Origin: Candidatus Thorarchaeota archaeon
GTDB taxonomy: Archaea > Asgardarchaeota > Thorarchaeia > Thorarchaeales > Thorarchaeaceae
Direction: 5' to 3'
DNA length: 64,000 nt
Assembly (NCBI GenBank): GCA_016933575.1
Contig: JAFGAR010000146.1
Location: 32,001 to 96,000, forward strand
Below, piece after piece: positions 57,525 to 64,000 of the stretch (its first letter is position 1; the number at the start of each line of letters is the position of its first letter). The translations under genes were made by a program, and so were the position numbers. The notes below the pieces were generated by a model. That model was given only the letters and a program-made list of their open reading frames with translations, did no database searches and was not told the DNA's origin.

Positions 57525-60359
57525 ATGGCCTTGGTGAAGGACGAAAACCCCCTTGATGAAAATCAGTCTTCATTGGAGGATTATCTCAGATTTGAAGAAG
57601 AAGGTCCCTCTTCCTCAGAATCTACTACACAAGTAGATGAAGAGATATCTAAACCGATACCGGAGGTAGAAGACACTCCGAATCCTACTTCTTCTAATGC
57701 ATTAGTTGAAGAGGGCTCTGAAAATGAGGATGAAGAGATTCTTGATGATAATGAGGAAGAGGTCATAAGTGACATTTCTATTGGAGCCCAAGATACTCCT
57801 CAAAATCTCCCACCATCTTTTCTGCTCTCCATAGACTATTCCGGGCCTCTGAACAAGGCAATTGCTCGTCTCTATGAACCAAAATCAAAGAGAATCTATT
57901 TCTGGGAGGATAATACTGGCCACAAACCCTACCTGTATACCGATTGGCCTGCTCAAATGGTCGAATCCAAGACGCGGAGAAATCCCGGATTTATTAAGAC
58001 CGAAACTGTGGATCTTCACGATCTTCTGCATGACAAACCTGTAACGATGACCAAGCTCATTGGAGATAATCCCCTCGCTATTGGTGGTGGGAATGACTCC
58101 ATGAGAAATGTCCTCAAAGACAATAGTGGAGTTAGTCATGCATGGGAAGCAAATATTCGGTACCATCTCTGTTACACTTATGATACAGAATTAGTCCCAG
58201 GACTGATGTATAAGATCGAGAATGGTGACCTCATTCCTTGTCCTCCCGATGTTGATAGAAAGACCCTCGAAGAATTCAAGGATACTATCGCCAAAGAGAA
58301 GGGACTCGAATCAATCATATCCACCTACTCACCTATGTTCTTCACAACAGTACCTGACATTAAAAGACTCGCAGTGGATATTGAAGTCTATACGCCTGTG
58401 GTAAACAGAATTCCAGATACCCGTGCTGCTCAACAACCTGTCACTGCAATAGGTCTCTCAGACAATGAGGGCTACAACAAGTGCTTCGTATTACGTCGGA
58501 AAGGTATGGACTCCGGTGAGAAGGGAAAGGACTTCCCGAAGGAACTTGAAATCGTCTATTATGATGATGAATCTGAGATGTTAGTCGAGGCTTTCAAGAT
58601 TATTGACAGTTATCCAATTGTTCTGACATTTGTTGGCGATTCATTTGACCTCAAATATCTGTACAACCGTGCTAAGGCACTACGGATAGACTTGGACCGT
58701 TATTGCCCAATTGTAATCCGTGGCAATCAAGACCCAAGAAGAGAACAAGCCAATCTGAAACGCGGAATCCATGTTGACATGTACAAATTCTTTGGCAATC
58801 CCTCCATCAAGATCTACGCATTATCTGGTGCATATCAACGCGAGAATCTCGATACAATTGCAGCGGGTATTCTTGGTGTTGGAAAACTTGCCCTCAGCGA
58901 CAATATCTCCAATCTGTCTTACTATGAACTTGCCCATTATTGCTGGTTAGATGCTAATCTTGTTCTCCGTTTTACCGAATATGAACACAATCTTCTCCTA
59001 CGTCTTATGGTGCTTCTCATGCGTATCTCGCGTATGTCGTTGGGTGAAGTAACACGATTCTACATTTCCTCTTGGATTCAGTCGCTCTTTCGTCAGGAGC
59101 ATAGGTCAAAGAAGTATCTTCTCCCCCGTCGTGTTGATATTGACACAATGAAACAGCCAGATGCCCAGACTGAGGCAATGATTGGCGGCAAGGCATTCAA
59201 AGGAGCAATCGTCATTGAACCAGTTGCTGGAGTACACTTTGATGCAACAGTTCTGGACTTTGCCAGTCTATATCCAACTATTATGAAAGCCCACAACATC
59301 AGCTATGAAACAATCGACTGCCCCCATGAGGAATGCAGAACAGCTGGCGATAACAGAGTTCCTGAGACCGATCATTGGATATGTAAGAAGAATCGCGGAA
59401 TGATTAGTCAAACGATTGGATTCTTCAGAGATACTCGAGTTAATTGGTTCAAACCGAAGAGTAAAGACAAGAAACTGGATGAGGCTACTCGTAACTGGTA
59501 TTCTGTAGTAGAGAAGGCTCTCAAGGTGTTCGTCAATGCATCCTATGGGGTAACCGGAGCGCAGCACTTTGAGCTTTTCTGTATGCCTGCAGCAGAGAGT
59601 GTGACTGCCTTCGGCCGTGATGCAATTATTCGTACAAAAGCAAAGTCCGAAGCCATGGGAATTAGAGTTCTCTATGGCGATACAGACTCAGTCTTCCTAG
59701 ATAATCCAACCCCTGAACAACAGAAGGAACTTGTAAAATGGTCCCGAGAGGTATTAGGAATTGACCTTGAAGTTGAGAAGACATACAAGTATGTAGCGCT
59801 CTCTGACCGGAAAAAGAACTACATTGGAGTGTACAAAGACGGTCGCGTTGAGGTCAAGGGTCTCAGTGGCAAGAAACGCAACACACCAGATTTTGCACAA
59901 GAAGCATTTCGAAAGATGCTGGAAGTACTTAGTCGTGTTGATGATGCAGAAGGTTTTGAAGCTGCTAAGGATGAAATCCGTGAGATTGTCAATTGTGTGA
60001 TTGATAGGCTCGAAGGAAAAACGGAGGAGTACTCTCCCTCAGAACTTGCATACCGAATTCAGCTAACTAAACGACTATCTGACTATCCCACTGATACTCC
60101 TCATGTACGTGCTGCTAAGATGTTAGTTGAGAAGACAAATGACCCAAACAAAGTTCAACCTGGAACAATTATTGAATTCATTCGTGTAAAAGGTCAAGGC
60201 GGAGTCATTCCAGTAGAGATCGCAAAAGATGTGTCCTACTATATCGATAAGGACACCTACATTGATATTCTCAAGAGTGTTTTCGAACAAGTTCTTGATT
60301 CTGTAGGTCTCGATTTTAATGAATTTCTTGGTTTTACCACACTGGATAAGTTCTTCTAG
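57525..60359 (+). CDS. polB1: Family B DNA polymerase, PolB1 type
   Basis: DNTGHKPY, AVDIEV, DFASLYP, SYETIDCPHEEC, KVFVNASYG, YGDTDS; C-terminal PIP-like TLDKFF. Confidence 0.93.
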   Translation: MALVKDENPLDENQSSLEDYLRFEEEGPSSSESTTQVDEEISKPIPEVEDTPNPTSSNALVEEGSENEDEEILDDNEEEVISDISIGAQDTPQNLPPSFLLSIDYSGPLNKAIARLYEPKSKRIYFWEDNTGHKPYLYTDWPAQMVESKTRRNPGFIKTETVDLHDLLHDKPVTMTKLIGDNPLAIGGGNDSMRNVLKDNSGVSHAWEANIRYHLCYTYDTELVPGLMYKIENGDLIPCPPDVDRKTLEEFKDTIAKEKGLESIISTYSPMFFTTVPDIKRLAVDIEVYTPVVNRIPDTRAAQQPVTAIGLSDNEGYNKCFVLRRKGMDSGEKGKDFPKELEIVYYDDESEMLVEAFKIIDSYPIVLTFVGDSFDLKYLYNRAKALRIDLDRYCPIVIRGNQDPRREQANLKRGIHVDMYKFFGNPSIKIYALSGAYQRENLDTIAAGILGVGKLALSDNISNLSYYELAHYCWLDANLVLRFTEYEHNLLLRLMVLLMRISRMSLGEVTRFYISSWIQSLFRQEHRSKKYLLPRRVDIDTMKQPDAQTEAMIGGKAFKGAIVIEPVAGVHFDATVLDFASLYPTIMKAHNISYETIDCPHEECRTAGDNRVPETDHWICKKNRGMISQTIGFFRDTRVNWFKPKSKDKKLDEATRNWYSVVEKALKVFVNASYGVTGAQHFELFCMPAAESVTAFGRDAIIRTKAKSEAMGIRVLYGDTDSVFLDNPTPEQQKELVKWSREVLGIDLEVEKTYKYVALSDRKKNYIGVYKDGRVEVKGLSGKKRNTPDFAQEAFRKMLEVLSRVDDAEGFEAAKDEIREIVNCVIDRLEGKTEEYSPSELAYRIQLTKRLSDYPTDTPHVRAAKMLVEKTNDPNKVQPGTIIEFIRVKGQGGVIPVEIAKDVSYYIDKDTYIDILKSVFEQVLDSVGLDFNEFLGFTTLDKFF

Positions 60360-60467
60360 ACAAATAATTGTTAAAGGGTTCGAATAAGAAATTCTTATAG
60401 CCGTGACGAGCTACACCCAAGGGGACCAAGAGCCTGACCTCATGCACTATAGACGGGGTAAAAGATA

Positions 60468-61502
60468 ATGAAATTGAACTACCGCGAATTTTTCATGCAA
60501 AAGATGTTAATTATGTTCAAACCCGAAGACATCGACATGTCTGCGAAGGACTTCATCTCAACCTATGCATCGTATATGGAGGATGTTGGCATCGTTGGAA
60601 AAGGTCCTGATGGTTATGCATTCTACCCCAGCAAAACGGCTCCAGTGAGAAAAGAACATACTGCCTTTTTCGAGGAATGGGTTCGTCTCACTGATGCTCT
60701 GGAGATTCATGGTGTGGTTGGACTTGATATGTATACAGATGGTTGGTTCGCACGAGATCCCAAATATCAGACCATGAACGACAAGGGCGTCAAGATGGAA
60801 CATCAAATCTGCCCCAATCGCAGCGAGTTCTGGCAATATGGTGCTGAGATTGTAAAGGAGATCGGGTCTTACCCAATTGATGAAATCCTTCTCTTCGGTT
60901 CCGGATTTATTCGCGATCAGTTCTGTTTCTGTGAACGATGCAGAAAGGAGTTTGCGCCTCTTGTTGATCAAGAACCAAACAGATTGACCTACCAATACAT
61001 AACTGAAAATCCTGAATACCATGAGAAGTGGCATCAATTTCGGAGCGATAAGGTCCACGAGGGATTGACCTATCTTCAAGAAGCAGCTGTGGAGTCTGAT
61101 GATGCAACTGGGCGAGAGCAGCCATTGAAGATTTCGGTTGAGGTCCTGATGGATCCTGAAACTGGTCTCTCTGAAGGTGCAAAGAACGAGTACGGATATG
61201 ATTATGTCCGAATTGGAGAAATCACCAAGAATGTGCTAATCAATCTCTTCCCATGGTCTCCAGTACTACCATCAAAAGGTTCGTCAGAATACAGTGAGCT
61301 CGTAGAATCTCTCTATTTTGTCAACGAGTTTACAAGACGCGGTGGAAGAGCCTCATTATTCAGATGGGGTGTGACTACAATTGAGCAGCTCCAAGAACTC
61401 AAGGCACTTGGTAAAGAAGTCGGCATAGATCGTGTGGTTTCAACTTTCCATTATCCATCAGACTACTCACGCCGTCGAGAGAGTGCAATTGGTAACTACT
61501 AA
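60468..61502 (+). CDS. Hypothetical protein, putative glycoside-hydrolase-like TIM barrel
   Basis: ICPN and FCFCERC Cys motifs, typical of GH-like barrels. Confidence 0.55.
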   Translation: MKLNYREFFMQKMLIMFKPEDIDMSAKDFISTYASYMEDVGIVGKGPDGYAFYPSKTAPVRKEHTAFFEEWVRLTDALEIHGVVGLDMYTDGWFARDPKYQTMNDKGVKMEHQICPNRSEFWQYGAEIVKEIGSYPIDEILLFGSGFIRDQFCFCERCRKEFAPLVDQEPNRLTYQYITENPEYHEKWHQFRSDKVHEGLTYLQEAAVESDDATGREQPLKISVEVLMDPETGLSEGAKNEYGYDYVRIGEITKNVLINLFPWSPVLPSKGSSEYSELVESLYFVNEFTRRGGRASLFRWGVTTIEQLQELKALGKEVGIDRVVSTFHYPSDYSRRRESAIGNY

Positions 61503-61511
61503 GTGCAGTAA

Positions 61512-62375
61512 TTACTGTCGTGCTCCGCAATAGGGGCATACTCTATTGCTCTTCCTGATATTTCGACCACATGAAAAACAGAACATCTGTTCCTGATTAT
61601 CCTCTCTTGCATCATCAAGGAAGGGGCTTAGCTCTCCTTGGGCGAATAGAGCTCCAATTCCATCGACAGACTCATCCCGTTGAATGTTACAAACACTACA
61701 ACTAAGGTCGTCCTTTGTTGGAACTGCACCTTGTAAATCTGCATAGATATCCCTGCTCTCTCGATCTTCTCTCTCCTGGTTCTGAGGTGGATATCTATCA
61801 TCACGACTCTGAGGCCAATTAGTGAGTCTCCCATCAAATGGTTCCTCTCTTTTATCCATACTTCTACCTAACGATTCAAAGTCACGCCGGTAATCATCGG
61901 AACCATACCCATAATCTACAGCTGGTCTATTGGCTATTCGTTCACGTGAAGTCTGAGTGTCCCACTGGGAGTCCTCTGTACCAATCCCACGAGCAGTTTC
62001 AACAAATCTGAAATGGGCATCTCTCTTCAGACTCTCGTATTCCTCTGGTGTAAGACCCAGAACCTCAAGAGCACGGTCTCTCTCGGCACACCTTTTTGAT
62101 AGTGGGCAGCAATAGGATAAGCTTCCGTGGCAGAGGGAAGCCATCGCTCGATCTTGACGTGACTTGAAGATAGGTGTAATTCGTTTACTACCCAATACAA
62201 TCGAGTCTCCCACAGATCGGAGTTCAGCATACCCACTCTGAGCAAGAGCTTCGATTAGTTCTCTTGCAGGATATGCTCTACCTTCAATTACGATATGTCC
62301 TTCTGTCTTATCGAGTCTAACAGGTCTCTCCGTAGCCTTATCCCCTTCGTAGGAAGAATATCTCGTCTTTGCCAC
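61512..62375 (-). CDS. Protein with a methanogenesis-marker-9-like Cys domain and C-terminal zinc ribbon
   Basis: LCHGSLSYCCPLSKRCAERDRALEVLGLTPEEY; CFSC...CPYC. Confidence 0.65.
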   Translation of the reverse strand: MAKTRYSSYEGDKATERPVRLDKTEGHIVIEGRAYPARELIEALAQSGYAELRSVGDSIVLGSKRITPIFKSRQDRAMASLCHGSLSYCCPLSKRCAERDRALEVLGLTPEEYESLKRDAHFRFVETARGIGTEDSQWDTQTSRERIANRPAVDYGYGSDDYRRDFESLGRSMDKREEPFDGRLTNWPQSRDDRYPPQNQEREDRESRDIYADLQGAVPTKDDLSCSVCNIQRDESVDGIGALFAQGELSPFLDDAREDNQEQMFCFSCGRNIRKSNRVCPYCGARQ

Positions 62376-62528
62376 CTCTGTGTAGAATTGCTGTCATATG
62401 TGCATGACCTCCAAACAATACAATGGTATGTATTACCTCGGGAAGTATGGATTCGGGATACTTTAATACTCATTAGCATTCTACTCAAGACAGAATTGGG
62501 ACAGTGGTTCCAAGGAGGACAAATAACA

Positions 62529-62900
62529 ATGGGTTGTAAAGCTGAAGGCGCTGCTCAAGGTTACACTATCCTTGGTGGTATCGTACTCATACTCTCTGCA
62601 CTGCAAAGAATTATCAACAACATGAATTCACCTGGACCTGGCACTGTTGAAGGTATCATGCAAATTGTCCTAGGTATTGTTCTACTGGTCGTAGTCTTAT
62701 TGGCATTTGATGCATGTGGTTTTGTCTATTGGAAACTGCGACGTTCTGGTGCTCTACTTGCGTTATTTGGATTCATAGCTATCTTGATAGTTTCATGGCC
62801 TGGTATCACATTAGACATTCTTGGATGGTTACAGAGTCTTGATACACTGGCAGGATTCATGATACTAATCGCTGGTTTACTGCTTCTAGTAAGCAAATAG
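62529..62900 (+). CDS. Hypothetical 4-TM membrane protein
   Basis: GGAGG RBS before the ATG; four hydrophobic helices. Confidence 0.75.
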   Translation: MGCKAEGAAQGYTILGGIVLILSALQRIINNMNSPGPGTVEGIMQIVLGIVLLVVVLLAFDACGFVYWKLRRSGALLALFGFIAILIVSWPGITLDILGWLQSLDTLAGFMILIAGLLLLVSK

Positions 62901-62986
62901 ATTGTTCCAAAATCAACGCTCACATAGGAAATTAAATAATGGAGCAAGTATGCTCCATGACCTGTCAATCACTGGACCGTATCAAT

Positions 62987-64000
62987 ATGGATGAAAAACA
63001 TATCAAGATCCTTAAGGATCTCGGATTTGATATCAGTCAAAAAGATCTGACTAATGATTATTGGAAGAAGCGTGCAGCTGAGGCTTTAGCGCTTACTACT
63101 CAAGATAGAGACGTGTATGGTTGTCTTGATCACACTGTTGGAGAAGGCGTCCGTATCTTTGATATAGAAGGTACGGAATACCTTGATGTCACTGGTGGTG
63201 TGGCTGTTCGAGCTCTGGGACTACGATACAAGCCGTATCATGATTTTGAAGCAAGTATCAATGATGTAGTCCACGAACTTCCTGGAATGGACTTTGATGC
63301 CATTCCTCAGACTCTTCTTGCTGAACGTGTTGCTGGAATTACCCCGGGAAATCACAAGAAACGAGTTATATTCACAACATCAGGTGGTCGTGCAGTCGAG
63401 GGATGCATGAAGTCTGCAATGGATCTTACTGGTCGACGACGATTTGTCGCATTTCGACCAGCTTTCCATGGTAGAACTGGCTATGCATTGGCTCTCACAT
63501 CATCCAACTCAAAGCACAAGTCTGGCTTTCCACAAGGTGTGGACGTCATTCGTGTCTTCTATCCCTATTGCTATAGATGCCCCTATGGCACGACTGAGGA
63601 AGATTGTAGCTTGGAGTGTGTTGAGGCACTAAGATATGCCCTTGAGGTTGAGGGGAATGATATCGCTGCAACTGTCATGGAACCACTCTGTGGTGAGGGT
63701 GGTCTCATCGTACCTCCCGCAAAAGCAGTGAAGGGTATCTATGACCTCACGAAGGAAATCGGTGCTTACTTTATGTCTGATGAGGTACAGGCTGGCATGG
63801 GTAGGACTGGTAAGTGGTGTGCAATTGAGAACCATGGTGTTGTTCCAGATTATATCTCAATGGGCAAAGCGATTGGTGGTGGCTATCCAATGGGTGCCTC
63901 AATTGGTCCTGCTCCTATGTTCACAGGTGGTGCTCGCCATTCAGAGACTTTCTCTGCTGAGCCAAAGATGTCTCTGCTCTCCCTTTGGATATTCAAACAT
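62987..64000 (+). CDS. Class III PLP-dependent aminotransferase (GabT/ArgD-like), 3' truncated by the window edge
   Basis: Manual translation gives GEGVRIFDIEGTEYLDVTGGVAV, FHGRT, SDEVQAGMGRTGKW, GKAIGGG; not in the ORF track. Confidence 0.9.
   Translation, partial: MDEKHIKILKDLGFDISQKDLTNDYWKKRAAEALALTTQDRDVYGCLDHTVGEGVRIFDIEGTEYLDVTGGVAVRALGLRYKPYHDFEASINDVVHELPGMDFDAIPQTLLAERVAGITPGNHKKRVIFTTSGGRAVEGCMKSAMDLTGRRRFVAFRPAFHGRTGYALALTSSNSKHKSGFPQGVDVIRVFYPYCYRCPYGTTEEDCSLECVEALRYALEVEGNDIAATVMEPLCGEGGLIVPPAKAVKGIYDLTKEIGAYFMSDEVQAGMGRTGKWCAIENHGVVPDYISMGKAIGGGYPMGASIGPAPMFTGGARHSETFSAEPKMSLLSLWIFKH

Noticed and set aside
60400-60440. GTGACGA...CTGA as a second C/D RNA
   Set aside because: Too short, no terminal stem, and it overlaps a promoter
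1-64000. CRISPR arrays, IS elements, inteins, and the many short antisense or nested ORFs in the track
   Set aside because: No repeat-spacer periodicity, transposase or intein motifs were seen; the short ORFs are shadows of well-supported genes

Overview
Gene-dense archaeal chromosomal window with mostly housekeeping content. It is most likely from an Asgard archaeon (Thorarchaeia-like); this is inferred from gene content and not verified. Recognisable genes include PriL, an Ogg-type glycosylase, a four-gene MacB/FtsX-type ABC system, ABCE1, uridine phosphorylase, fbaB, fbp and tpiA, two near-identical tRNA-Arg genes, two thioredoxins, a DUF1998 helicase, ArcS and RaSEA, a nurA-herA-mre11-rad50 operon, three GT-C membrane glycosyltransferases and PolB1. 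I found no IS element, integrase or CRISPR array. The most notable observations are: (1) three soluble proteins that resemble eukaryotic modules: an IFT52-like GIFT plus coiled-coil protein, a mu-adaptin/delta-COP homology-like protein, and an inactivated M24 peptidase with Spt16-N-like substitutions; (2) an unannotated box C/D guide RNA with a plausible 16S rRNA target; (3) four metalloenzyme folds that have lost their metal ligands; (4) a methanogenesis-marker-9-like Cys domain. All family comparisons were made by eye from remembered motifs and need HMM or structure confirmation.
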